DNA of 62,802 nucleotides, filler included, from Pirum gemmata (Eukaryota): NCBI GenBank assembly GCA_002812295.1. It is 13 parts of 13 records of this genome, joined end to end, with 100 filler letters (N's around TTAATTAATTAA, not from the genome) between each part and the next. Parts side by side here need not be neighbours in the genome. Positions count along the whole stretch, not along the records: positions 1 to 4,605 come from PDIN01000985.1; positions 4,706 to 9,376 come from PDIN01000986.1; positions 9,477 to 13,988 come from PDIN01000987.1; 10 more parts are not named here. One strand, 5' to 3'. Shown piece by piece: positions 1 to 12,421 of this stretch (position 1 is its first letter; each line of letters starts with the position of its first letter). The notes under the pieces were generated by a model. It saw only the letters and a program-made list of their open reading frames with translations, ran no database searches and was not told where the DNA came from. The position numbers and the translations under genes were made by a program.

Positions 1-1686
1 ATTATTATTAACAGCTCCATTACTAAAAGTTATATTTTCACCTTGTAGAGTTAAAATTTGTTGTCCTTCACTTAAGTCTGTAGATTGAGTAACCCCACTC
101 ACAACATGATAAGTAAGAATTTCAGTTAGCAACTTTTTATTGTTAGCCAAATCATCAAAACTAACACCCAATGCATCCAAAGCAACTGCAAAAGCATCAT
201 CCGTAGGGGCGAATACGGTAAAACCAGTGTCAGAAGGGCTATCAAATAGTCCTGCTAACTCTGCAACAGTCAATGCTTGTAATAAAGACGTAAACGAACC
301 AGCATCCGATGCAAGTTTAGCAATACTTCTACCTAAAGCTTCACCAACACTTTCTGGTATTAATACGGTATCAATAACAAAGGCTTGATTGTTACCACTA
401 GCAGGAACAGGGTTTGTAGTACTAATAGCAATGTCATTACCATTAACTTTAGCTCCAGGACCGACAGTAATATTATTATTTGATAATGCAGTGCTTTCTT
501 TAGTTACGATAGTATTTTCATCAATTACTAAATTTTTCATAACCACATGATACAATAACGTGTTAGTCAGTAAATCTTTGTTATATGGCTTTTGAATATT
601 GGTAGCTGCCTCACCAAGTGCATCAAAGGCTTCGTTGACAGGGGTAAATACTGTTGATGATTGAAGACCTGCTACTACTTCTCCTAATCCTACTACACCG
701 ATAAGTGCATCCAAAGTACTAAGCGATGGTGTTGTAGATAGAATTTCTACCAAACTAGTAGGTTCTGGCTTAGGGGTAAGAGCTTCTACTGCACTTTGTG
801 GTAATAATACGCCGTCAATGACATGGACAATACCATTATAAGCTCGCAAATCAGCGGTAATAATTGTATTATTATTAACAGCTCCATTACTAAAAGTTAT
901 ATTTTCACCTTGTAGAGTTAAAATTTGTTGTCCTTCACTTAAGTCCGTAGATTGAGTAACCCCACTCACAACATGATAAGTAAGAATTTCAGTTAGCAAC
1001 TTTTTATTATTAGCTAAATCATCAAAACTAACACCCAAGGCATCCAAAGCAACTGCAAAAGCATCATCCGTAGGGGCAAATACGGTAAAACCAGTGTCAG
1101 AAGGGCTATCAAATAGTCCTGCTAACTCTGCAGCAGTCAGTGCTTTTAATAAAGACGTAAACGAACCAGCATCCGATGCAAGTTTAGCAATACTTCTCCC
1201 TAATGCTTCACCAACACATTCTGGTATTAATACATTGTTAATAACATATGCCACACAATGGTTATCTGCCTCTACTGGGTGTTGTTCTGAAATTACAAAA
1301 TTATTGACAAAAAAACCAGAACCAACCGTTAAATTATTATCATTTGACAAAGTAATAACCTCAGTTTCTTCTGTGTGATTGTTAATGTGCAACACTTCTG
1401 GTACAAAGTGGTACAATAAAGTCTCCGTTAACAAATCCTTGTTGTAAGGCTTTTGGATATTGGTAGCTGCTTCGCCAAGGCTAACAAAGGCTTCGTTGAT
1501 AGGGGCAAATAAAGTTGTAGATTGCAAACTTTCAACTGTTTCACCTAACCCTGCAGCACTGACTAAATCGTTCAAAACTTTAAGGTCTGGACTGTTGGCA
1601 GCAATTTCGACCAAGTTTTGCGCGGATGCAAAAGTGGCTGCTGCTATTAATAAAGCATTAGCACTGATGGTTTGAAATAGTCTCAT
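1..1686 (-). CDS. Secreted multi-fasciclin (FAS1) domain protein, at least 4 FAS1 domains, 3'-truncated by the window edge
   Basis: Manual translation from ATG at 1686 gives MRLFQTISANALLIAAATFASAQNLVEIAANSPDL (signal peptide). FAS1 motifs TLFAPINEAF, LLYH, FTVFAPTDDAF, ILTYHVV and NGIVHVIDGVLLP follow. The frame is consistent at position 1; the ORF track misses it because there is no stop in the window. Confidence 0.93.
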   Translation of the reverse strand, partial: MRLFQTISANALLIAAATFASAQNLVEIAANSPDLKVLNDLVSAAGLGETVESLQSTTLFAPINEAFVSLGEAATNIQKPYNKDLLTETLLYHFVPEVLHINNHTEETEVITLSNDNNLTVGSGFFVNNFVISEQHPVEADNHCVAYVINNVLIPECVGEALGRSIAKLASDAGSFTSLLKALTAAELAGLFDSPSDTGFTVFAPTDDAFAVALDALGVSFDDLANNKKLLTEILTYHVVSGVTQSTDLSEGQQILTLQGENITFSNGAVNNNTIITADLRAYNGIVHVIDGVLLPQSAVEALTPKPEPTSLVEILSTTPSLSTLDALIGVVGLGEVVAGLQSSTVFTPVNEAFDALGEAATNIQKPYNKDLLTNTLLYHVVMKNLVIDENTIVTKESTALSNNNITVGPGAKVNGNDIAISTTNPVPASGNNQAFVIDTVLIPESVGEALGRSIAKLASDAGSFTSLLQALTVAELAGLFDSPSDTGFTVFAPTDDAFAVALDALGVSFDDLANNKKLLTEILTYHVVSGVTQSTDLSEGQQILTLQGENITFSNGAVNNN

Positions 1687-1916
1687 TATTATTACTAATT
1701 ATTAGTATTATTATTAAATTATTATTATTATTATTAAATTATTATTATTATTATTATTATTACAATCCGATATAGTTTTTTTTTATTTGAAAAAAAAAAA
1801 ATTGGGATTTTTTTTTTCATAAATTTCAGGGAAATTTTTCGTTTTTATCTTTTTATTTTGTTTTATTTTGTCTTATGTTCCATTTTAACTGCCCATTTAT
1901 ACAATTTTTATTATGA

Positions 1917-1947
<31 letters not shown>

Positions 1948-2509
1948 CAAAAAAATTAATTATATTATATTCACAACGAGGTGGTAGAAAGCTATTAATT
2001 TTTAATATTATTTATTACTAATATTATTTTTTACTACATATTATGTAATATATATTATTGGAAAATAAAAAGCAAGAACAAAAAAGTGAGCAAGTAAATT
2101 TTAAGTCGAAAAGATGACCGCATCATAAAAATTTTAAAAAGGAAATAACCAATAATGAACTGATCATGAGTTGTAGGTTGGTTTGATATAATAAAATATA
2201 TTTTTACAAATGTATTGTTATGTTACCATATAATGTAGGGTTGAGCCTACTACTACTAACTGGAACAGAAAAGATAAACTAAAGAGAAAGTAAAATTGGA
2301 ACAGTAAGTACAAAACTAGTACAAAGTATTAATTAAAAGAAGAAATAAATAAGTAAATGAACAAAAATTCAATAACAAAAAGAAAAATATTGAAGAACAA
2401 AATTTAATTAATAGATAAATTGTAGAAAGATATGAACAAGCTAGATTAATTAATCAAACAATGAAATTAAAAAGTTGAATGACAATGTATTATTTATCCT
2501 CTTGCTACT

Positions 2510-2585
2510 ACTACTAGTACTACTAGTACTACTACTACCACCACTACTACCACCACTACTACTATTACTATTACTATTACTACTG

Positions 2586-2639
<54 letters not shown>

Positions 2640-2648
2640 TTACTATTG

Positions 2649-2740
<92 letters not shown>
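2510..2740. repeat. (CTA/TAG)n microsatellite
   Basis: Long run of ctactacta; explains the poly-L and poly-V ORFs. Confidence 0.95.
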
Positions 2741-2741
<1 letters not shown>

Positions 2742-3642
2742 TAAATGCCTTCACTTTTGTTTCAGCAAGTTCTTGTGCTGACACAAAAGATATATTAATA
2801 TTCAATGAAATACTGTTAGGATAATCTTGTAGCAGTTAATGTTTACACGGGTATTAATAAGTTATTGTGTAGTTGATATATTTTAACTTAAACTTGTAAT
2901 AACTCAGTCAATATTATGAATATATTAGTATTATTAATAATAAGATTTAGATATCCGTTTTATCGTAATAAGATGCCATAAAAATAAAAAGTATTTTATT
3001 TTATTTTATATATTTTTTATTTTATTAATAAAATTAATTTAATAATAATTATTTATTTTTTATTTTTTTTAATTTTTTAAAAAGTAGTCGTCTACTGTTT
3101 TTGTTAACTTCAATTGCAAGTTTTACATCATTACATAAAGTATTTTATACAATTAATAAACCCTATATTAATATATTATATATGAGTATTTGTATTCATA
3201 TAATGTATTACCGTAGTGAGCACGTGTACGTGGTTGTAGTAGTTAGTGCATTTTTACAATAATTATTATTTTTTTTTCACTAACCCAGTTTTTTTTTTGA
3301 TCGATTTTTTTTTCAATTTCGAACATCCTACTTTTTTATATGAGAACTGAGAGGGCATTGCGATAAAAGGTGTGACTCTCCAAATAAATATTCAGAGTGG
3401 CAAAATAAATGAAAGGCACGATAATAGTACGATAATGGTACGATAATACTATTAGACTACTATACTATTACTATTACTACCTGCTATTACTATAGTATTA
3501 CTATTGTGTTGAGTACATTCTTTTGAAAAGTGAATGGTTATATAAACAACCAATGAAAAGTTTAATTAAAATCAAATAAAGCCAAATAAAGCATCCAAAC
3601 TACATGCTTTTCAGTTTTTCACCAGTTTTTTACAGATGTTTT

Positions 3643-3873
3643 AGTAGGGGTGAGATATCTACTGGAACTTTTTTCGAACAGATGCTTATCGAGCCAACCT
3701 TAGTTCCGTGTTCCTTACTAATAATAGCAGTTAAATAGCTTAAAATAATAAATATAATTATAGTAGTTACTAATTAAAGTAGTAATATTAACATTAATAG
3801 TAATAAACCATAAAATCGGAAAAGTTCCGGCAGCTGTTCGGTAATAATAAAATGACGTCATCTCACCCCTACT
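3643..3873. mobile_element. MITE family 1 (hAT-like, 8-bp TSD)
   Basis: TIR AGTAGGGGTGAGAT...ATCTCACCCCTACT, with a perfect 8-bp direct repeat GATGTTTT on both sides (3635-3642, 3874-3881). Other copies at 24001, 30656 and 35869. Confidence 0.88.
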
Positions 3874-3916
3874 GATGTTTTTCAGTTCTTTTATGATAAA
3901 AATACTATATGTAGAC

Positions 3917-4233
3917 TAACCCTAACCCTAACCCTAACCCTAACCCTAACCCTAACCCTAACCCTAACCCTAACCCATCATAAACAAAGTAAAAACAATC
4001 TGAAAAGACTCTAAAAAGCAACTGGAATTTTGGAAAAGCAATCTGAGGGAAAATCTTCCTAAAAAGGGAATGTTCAACATCAACAGCAACTGTGAACAAC
4101 CAATCAGTGGCAACCACTCGTGTCAACTTATCATAAAAGTTGATAAAAGTTTTATCTAACCCTAACCCTAACCCTAACCCTAACCCTAACCCTAACCCTA
4201 ACCCTAACCCTAACCCTACCCTAACCCTAACCC
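3917..4233. repeat. Interstitial telomere-type (CCCTAA)n arrays
   Basis: Two pure taaccc tracts (about 3917-3976 and 4157-4233). Many more pure or degenerate tracts on both strands, e.g. 9956-10168, 23576-23930, 28260-28425, 37530-37735, 38309-38520, 40710-41160, 42735-42875, 43170-43590, 46598-46697, 49358-49606, 54740-54812, 58204-58395. Confidence 0.95.
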
Positions 4234-4605
4234 TTTTTAGACTCTACTAAGTCTACTTTACTCCCTGAGAGTCTGACTGTCTGAGCATCTGAGAGCTAAC
4301 TAGTAATAAAATAGTAGTCTACCAACCAAAAAAAGAAAATAAGAACCAAAAGAACTATGGTACAGACAGCTGCACAGACTGTACAGTTGGAACTTGGTAC
4401 TAAGTTTTTTTTAAATTTTTTTTTTGAAATAGAGTAGTTAGATTGTAGTTAGTAACTTTGTTAGTAACTTTTTAAAATAATAGTCAGGCATTATTACTGA
4501 TAGAACAGCCTAAGAGTGGTAACATTATACCAAAAGAGTCAGAAAGTAGCCTTTAGAAGAGTGCATTATTAGGCTGGGTTAGGGTTAGGGTTAGGGTTAG
4601 GGTTA

Positions 4606-4705
4606 NNNNNNNNNNNNNNNNNNNNNNNNNNNNNNNNNNNNNNNNNNNNTTAATTAATTAANNNNNNNNNNNNNNNNNNNNNNNNNNNNNNNNNNNNNNN
4701 NNNNN
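4606..4705. other. Artificial contig-joining spacer (N-run + TTAATTAATTAA six-frame stop + N-run)
   Basis: An identical spacer of about 100 nt recurs at about 9377, 13990, 18739, 23476, 29591, 34270, 39036, 43803, 48614, 53374 and 58104. It is an assembly artefact. Confidence 0.97.
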
Positions 4706-5183
4706 AAAGTGAATTGTTTAGTGACTGTAAAGTGATTGAATGTGACGCATTTAATTATAGTAGGTAGATATTCGTAATATGACGTAACGCAAAAAAATAA
4801 ATAAATAATAAATAAATAAATAAAGCTAATAATAAACTTACGTATATGAATTATTATGATTGAAAACTGTTCTTTTATTTATTATAGTTTTTTTCATTTT
4901 TTTGAGGTTTTTTGAGTATTACCAAGGACTTCAAAAAGTTTTTGGTAATTTAGGGCACTATTTTTTCCAAATCGCTACGTCATAAGGGGGGAGTAGTCCT
5001 TCTCATACGTGAGGAGGTGTTACATTTGGGGTAAGTAGATGTAAGTAGGTAGGGTTTGGCCCCAAATTCGCGTTTACGTAATTATTGAAAGGTAAGCGTT
5101 TGTAATTTGTAAGTAATATAAATAATTTTTTTTTTTGGTATGATATAGTTATGATATGCATATATGCAATTATGCATAGACTA

Positions 5184-5217
<34 letters not shown>

Positions 5218-6026
5218 CTACAATCTACAAAGAGTTTCTAAGTGGAACTTCTACAAAGACTCCATAAAAAGATAAAAAGTTTGAAGAGCATCATTCTCAG
5301 GAGCATCATTTTGCCAAAATTTTTTAAAAAAAAAAAAAGCGGAATTACATAGCTCAGTTGATAAAATAGCTATTATGATTTATTTTGATAAAATTTAAGG
5401 TAGTTACAAGGGTGTTTTAGAATGTCAGAATGATATTTTTAGAGTCCATATTGGTATTTTAGACACTTCTTATTCTAAGGCAGTTACAAGGGTGTTTTAG
5501 ACGCTTCTTATTCTAAGGCAGTTACAGGGGTGTTTTAGTTGGTCATGTGACTTGGAAACTCTGAACCTAGGTGATCACGTGACTAGGTGCGGACTTGTGT
5601 TGTGTTCTAAATAAAGTTGTGTTGAGTCTAAATATAGTTGTGTTGTAAAAATTTAATATGGTGTGTTGAGTTCTAAATATGGTGGCGGATTTGGGTTGTG
5701 CGAACTAAGTGGACCAAGTTATCTATATAAAGATTCTGTAGACTGGGGATTATGTATATGCTTTACGTAATGTAAAAAAAAAACTAGCTACAAAACTGTC
5801 ATCACAGCTAACTAGCATGCAGGGTCTCTTCACTGAATAAGATATGTATCCTGGCATATTGGATCCTCATTGGCTGGGACTCCGAACTTTAGAGACTCGG
5901 TCGNNNTCGGTCGGGCTCGAACTGGCCGGCTCCGATCATACATATTATCGGGTCTATATCTCGAGTATTTATATAACGAACCGAACTCGGCTCGAGGGTA
6001 CTTCGAGCCGCCGGACGACAATTTCT

Positions 6027-6070
<44 letters not shown>

Positions 6071-6109
6071 ATTATTATTATTATTATTAATTATTATTAT
6101 TATTACTAT

Positions 6110-6476
6110 TATACATTACAAATACACATGCAATGGATATATGAAGTATTTGGAAAATATTAATTCATTACAATTAATTTGTAAATCTTTTATAAAAGGT
6201 TGTAATAATGGAATATTAATAATAAATGAATTAACATTTAATTCTAATTTTGATGAATACTATTGGAATATATATAATTTTATTTATTGGTTTGAAAATA
6301 AAACAATTCCAAATATTTTTAAAATTAAATACAATGAAACAAAGTTTGACATTTTAAATGGTTCTTACGTAGAATTTAATAATCTTCACTTAGAAAAAGA
6401 AAAAAAATGCTATTATATAAACATAATACTGTACATAAAAAAAATAAAAAATAAAATAAAAAAAGTATTTTATTAA
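6110..6476 (+). CDS. Possible coding fragment, unknown function
   Basis: The non-repetitive 3' part of ORF 5844-6476 (YKYTCNGYMKYLENINSL...FDILNGSYVEFNNL) reads like protein. The 5' part of that ORF is repeat-derived. Confidence 0.3.
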
Positions 6477-6564
6477 AAAAATTAAAAAATATAATAATAA
6501 TTACATTTAAAATAATACATATTATATATAATATTGCAATTATAATACAATTATAACTTAAAAA

Positions 6565-7925
6565 ATGCATTTCACTATTAATTTAGTTTTGACCTTTTTG
6601 TCAATGTATATGGTACAAGCATGGCCCGAATCCAATACAGAAAAATGCCGAGATAGCAAAAGAGTACAAGTAAATACTGAGCAAGGTTGGCAGGCGTTAC
6701 CTTTAGAAAACAAAATGTTTTCTTTTACTTCTAAAACCATACCTGGTGGTTGGGGCTTGGGTGCAAAGTCTTCCAAGATTGAATGGAAATGTGGGGATCA
6801 TTATGAAAAGCACTCAACGGATGCACCTAAAAATAGTAGGGTTAGTGTTTATGTAATGTATAACGGCAATGATGTTAAATTTATTGTAAGTGATTATAAA
6901 GAACAAAATGAGCAAACTTGGCTTCAAGATTTAAGAAAAGGGCAACGGCTCGTGGCATGCTGTAAGGGGGTAGATTTCAGCAATCAAGATTTAAGCGGAC
7001 TTGATTTGTCTTTATTAGATTTTGAAAATTCTAATTTAAGCGGTGCAAACTTAACTGATTGTAATTTGAAAGATGCAAATATGAATAATGCTAATCTAAC
7101 CAATACTATTTTCTCAAACCAAGTAGAGGAAAGTGTTAACCATATAATGATGCAGCTTGTAAGTGGTAATTTCACCATGGAAGAATTGGAAGAATACCGA
7201 GAGAAAGCAAAAGAAAGTAAAGTTCAAAGTGAGCGTTTCGAAGCTTTATTAGATATAGCAGAAATGAAAAAAACAAATTACGAATCGTTTGAACAGCAGC
7301 TTATGATTATTGCCAATAACACGGAAGAACAGAATTTATTAAACCCGGTTGCTAAAAAATATGCTCTTGTATTTGATTGTACAGTTGGGGCGATAAAGAA
7401 AGCTCTTAATAAACAATTTGGCGGTGGGTTTACTACCGGTGTGGCAGTAACAAGAAATATTGCCTTGGGAGTTTCAGCCCTTTCCGCAGTGTGGGCTAGT
7501 GGAGGAAATTTAGTAATTTTGGGTGCTATGATAAAAGGAACAGGAGTGGCAGCATTTACTGCTTTAGCTTCAGTTATCGGAACCATGGGCGCAGTTGCAG
7601 CTGTGTTGCAGTTGTGGTTGTTGTAGCTGGAATTGGAATAGCGTACCTCTTAGGTGGAATTTTTGGTAATTGGGGTGATAATAGCATTGATAGATGCCGT
7701 AACAATAAAAAATTTGAAATCAACGTTGCAGGTCATTGGACAGAAGTTGTAGAGAGAAATGAGGTGGTCACTTATAGGACTCCAACTGAAGGTGATAAGG
7801 CAAAAATTTGGTGGAGGTGTGGAGGTGTGGAGGAATCTACTGACACTAAATATGTTAACCAAGAAATTTCAGTTAATGTGTTGTATGACGGCCAAAAAAT
7901 CAATTGGATCTTTTCTAAAATTTAA
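6565..7925 (+). CDS. Secreted protein: signal peptide + Cys/Trp domain + pentapeptide repeats + helical region + Gly/Ala hydrophobic segment + second Cys/Trp domain; one frameshift at about 7604
   Basis: ORFs 6565-7626 and 7614-7925 join if one base is restored in gct gt(-) gtt gca gtt gtg, giving AAVVAVVVVVAGIGIAYLL. Pentapeptide repeats read DFSNQ DLSGL DLSLL DFENS NLSGA NLTDC NLKDA NMNNA NLTNT. The N- and C-terminal domains share CR...W...KI.W.CG..E...V.V.Y.G. Intronless. Confidence 0.8.
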
Positions 7926-8729
7926 TAGGATATTGTTAGATATTATGATATTATGATATTCGCATTTACCCAGCTAATTACCATTTTTTTTTTGGTTTTA
8001 TCAATTGCAATAAATTTTTACTATTATTAATTATTTTATTTTATTAATTTGATAATGAAGTATATACTTGTTGCTTTTTATCAGTTTCAAACGTTACATT
8101 ACAAAGTGCACATCAGAATTGAATTTTATTAACTTGATAATAAAATATATATTAATATTAATATTAATATTAATACTTGTTGCTTTTTATCAGTTTCAAA
8201 CGTTACACGTGTTGATCTTTTTGTATTACAATCAAAGTCAACATCAGAATTGAAATCAGATTTAAAATCAAAATCGGCCAGGAAACGGTTTTTCTGTATG
8301 CGTTTACCGTTTCTAGATGTATATCTTATTTATATACAAATTCAGGAACTTGGAGTTTTAACTAAACCACACAATCAGTGTTATATTTGCAAAAAAAAAA
8401 TTGATTTTGTTTTTTTTTTAAATTATAAATAATTAATTTATTAATTAATATTATTTATTATTATTATTTTTTTTTTGTCCATTTGGTTATTAATTTTGTA
8501 ATATATTAAACTTTTTTCAATTTTGTTAGTAAATGATAATAAAAAAAAGTAATTTTTTAATCTTTTAAAAATTGTTGTGTATTTAACGTTTTTAAAATAC
8601 TATTTAATTGTTAGTATTCTTTGTACCTTTTTTTAAATTTTATTTTGCGATGAAAACAGGTGCCCGGTGTATTTATGTGGTTGGTATAATATAATATATA
8701 ATATTATCATTATCATCATTTTTATATTA

Positions 8730-9328
8730 TTATCGTGTTTTTCAGAAGTGTTGTCCTCTCCTGAACCGTTTGTAGCCATCGTCTATAATCTACGATATCT
8801 GCCTCTGTTGGATAAAATTCCTCAGGCCAGTCCATTTTATCTATTATTCTAAACTTCAGTCCGTCTAATTCGGCTGGTAATACAACTCTAGATATTGATA
8901 CGATCTATCTCTGTCCGTAGTACCCAAAAGTTTAGGTCTGCCCACAGCAACAAACAGTCTTTGTGTTAAGGTTTACAACAGGAGTCATCAGGTATTCTTT
9001 CCCCTAAGCAATTTAAATCTCTCACAACCTCAAATACAAAATTTGTGTTAATTAAAGTGGACACATTGGTTAATTAATTACTTCATCAAACAAGTTCAAT
9101 CCTATTCTTCACAGTGCCAATCAAAACCGATTTTCCTTCTTGAGTGTTTTTGCTATTATACATTCTTCTTTATATCTTGTTGATAAACCTCTTAATGCTT
9201 TATGCAATAAAAGGTTCCCATCGGTAAGAGCTATTTCGACAGGTAGCTACTATAGATTGCTGATCGTCGAAGGGTGGGTATATTTTGGTAAACCCATATA
9301 TAGCGTCACTTAATTCTTGAATGCCCAT
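8730..9328 (-). pseudogene. Degraded or frameshifted coding fragment, unknown family
   Basis: Protein-like stretches lie in shifting frames (MGIQELSDAIYGFTK; LPVEIALTDGNLLLHKALRG; GKEYLMTPVVNLNTRLFVAVGRP; VLPAELDGLKFRIIDKMDWPEEFYPTEADIVDYRRW), with a possible intron. Confidence 0.35.
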
Positions 9329-9476
9329 GTTGATAATAATAATAATAGTAGCAGTAGTAGCAGTAGTATCAGTAAGNNNNNNNNNNNNNNNNNNNNNNNN
9401 NNNNNNNNNNNNNNNNNNNNTTAATTAATTAANNNNNNNNNNNNNNNNNNNNNNNNNNNNNNNNNNNNNNNNNNNN

Positions 9477-9508
<32 letters not shown>

Positions 9509-9509
9509 G

Positions 9510-10636
9510 GTTAAAACTTGGAAATCAAGTCACCCGCGAACTGGGATATCAAGTAAAGCTTTGAAGACCATATCCTTGGTATCAACAATTCAGGAGTATT
9601 TTCAAAAGGATTCTGCAACAGCTTCGATCGCAAAGTCTTCCTTGTAACGCCTTTACCTAAACTTAGACCCATTGCTATCACAACTTCACAGTTTATTTTT
9701 TGTTTATTGTGAGTCTTTTTATCTATTTAATTTAATTATTTCTCGTATTATAGATTATGCCGAAAAGCCTGGGAAACGATGGATACACCTTTAGGTTTTG
9801 AATATATCACTGAAGCCATTTTATACGATTCAAGGGGTGTTTATATTCCTGCAGATGATACCAATGTACTTTTTTGATTATTATTACATTTTCTATTTTT
9901 TTTTACTTCTTTCCAGATAATGTTTTCGCTTTTCTAGTGTTTCTCTATTTTACATGGGTTAGGGTTAGGGTTTGGTTTGTTTTTGGAGTTACGGTTAGAA
10001 TTAGGGTTTGGTTTGGTTTTGGAGTTACGGTTAGAATTAGGGTTACGGTTACGATTATGGTTTGGGTTGGGGTTAGGGTTAGAGACCAGGAGTCAGGGTT
10101 AGGGTTAGTGTTAGCTAGAGTTAGAGTTACGGTTACGGTTAGGGTTACGGTTACGGTTACGGTTAGGGTAGTTGTGGTTTTGTATTTTTTGGTTTTGTTA
10201 ACTAACCTAACTTGTTCAGCTCTTATTCTCCTTTACTTTATTTATTGCTTTGGTAATTCTGTTCTCAATGTGTAATTATGATATGTAATAGGAGATACAA
10301 ATGCGTCTTGCACAAATTAATGGATCGACAAACTTAATACAACGGGAAACATCTGCAATTGGCCCTTATACTACTTCTGAAGACATGGTAAAGAGATATG
10401 TGCACTCGTAAGTAGTTTGCTGTAATTGTTATACTTATCCTTCACCCTTCTACTCCTCACCCCCCTTTCGTGTTATTATTATTATTCATTTTTATTTTTT
10501 AATTTTGTTAGTATTTTTTTTCAACATTTTTAAATTTATTGGTTTATTAATAGTTTTAGGTTTATAGTACCATAAGATTTGATTTAACTAGTTTTACGAT
10601 TCGTTCCATCATCACTATTTATTTCTTGTTAATATT

Positions 10637-10680
<44 letters not shown>

Positions 10681-12366
10681 GGGGGGGGAAACTGGCTAAT
10701 ATACTTTTTATACTATTAATATTAAGACTTTTCAAATCTCCTGAGATGCATCTTGAAAAGCTATCTAAAGCTATTGAAGTTACCATAAGAGCATGTGTTT
10801 TATTTGCATGGTAAGTTTCTATAATCCGCTTGCTTTTGTTGACTTGGTTTGTTTTCTTAAGGTGGGATAAAATGATTTCTTACTGTTATGTAATATTACC
10901 ATAACCCTTTATGTGTATACCTGTAGGATGGCAGCTGTTAATATGAAATATGAAGAATCAATGTCTTTTTTGAGGAAGGCTTTCACAGTTTGTAGAACTA
11001 TCAACGAAAACTTTTCAAAGTTTCCCGATTCCACACAGCTTATTATTAAAAATTGCAAAGTTTTGAATGACAGCTACCAAAGTCTTGTAAGTATGGTTAT
11101 CCGTTTTTTTTGTTTTTTTGTTCCATTGTTTCATTGTTTTATTGTTTTCTAAAAATAATAACCCGTACTCTCCTAGATAAACGAACGTTGATAACAGTAG
11201 TAAATGTAGTAATACAAGTGCCCAAGATCCATACTATTTTACAAACTCGATACAAATTGAAGTTGATAGGTCTAGATTGTGTGCTCATTGTATTGTATAT
11301 AAATTACATTCTCTATACAGATTTTGTCGTGTTTTCTTGAAAATGCAGTATTTCAAAGTACCCAAGTTTCGAATCCAGAAAAGTCCTTCATTGCTGAAGT
11401 TGAAACAATGGCAAATTGTGTCATGCGGCTTAAGGTTTGTAAATATTATTACGTCGTTTTCTATTTGTCTATATAGTGTTGTTTTTCGGAAATGATACTA
11501 ATTTTTTTTTTGTAGAATGTAAAAAATAAGGTTTTGGCTGAAGCTGTTTTAGCACAAGCTTGGTGTGCGTGCCAGGGGACGAAAGAATTGGAATCTATTG
11601 GTGCTGAGGTGTTTTTATTTTCTTGATAGGCAATTCAATATTCCTTTGAACACTTAATCCTTTTATCCTTTCTTTCTGTATACCCTTTTGCGCTTATTCC
11701 TTTATACCCTTATACCCTACTCCTTTATATCCTTATATCCTTACACCCTTACACCCTTCATCCTTACATCCTTACATCATTACATCCTTTCATTACCTTT
11801 CATTCCTTACATCCTTACATCCTTACATCCTTACATCCTTACATCCTTACATCCTTACATCCTTACATCCTTACATCCTTACATCCTTACATCCTTACAT
11901 CCTTACATCCTTACATCCTTACATCCTTGCATCCTTACACCCTTACATCCTTGCAATACTATGCACACTAATTTTATGTCAGTTCTATAATAAAGCAGCT
12001 AATCTTCTGCCCGATGACGATCTGAAAAAGTGTATCGCCTTGTGTAAAAGGTAAAGGTACATTAATGTTTTTATATGGTTATTTTCAAAAGCATAAAAAC
12101 GAGTACGTTTGAATAAAGCAAGGACTTACCTAAATGCACTTTATGTATATAAAATATATTCTAGTGCACATCTGTTTATTTCCATTGGCGGCAAAAGCAT
12201 TCAGTACTATGAGAATGTCGTCAATACTGTTTTCGAAACTGAAGAAATTTGTCAGTCAAAGTTAGGATCCGCGCTTCCAAAAGAGGTGAGGACTACTTTA
12301 ATTTTTTATTTATTTGTGTTTTTTTATCTGCAAATTGATTTGATCATGCGTATTTTCTTTTTCTTT

Positions 12367-12421
<55 letters not shown>

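Noticed and set aside
140..1675. Plus-strand ORFs 140-388, 1094-1378 and 1460-1675
   Set aside because: They are antisense shadows of the fasciclin gene.
2475..2805. Poly-L/poly-V ORFs, and similar ORFs at 39220-39971, 48658-49045, 53113-53429 and 61750-62774
   Set aside because: These are translations of trinucleotide or homopolymer microsatellites.
5895..6020. CG-rich imperfect palindromic patch (tcggctcgag/ctcgaac/tcgagccg)
   Set aside because: Probably a small repeat remnant. It contains Ns and has no definable TIR/TSD or second copy in the window.
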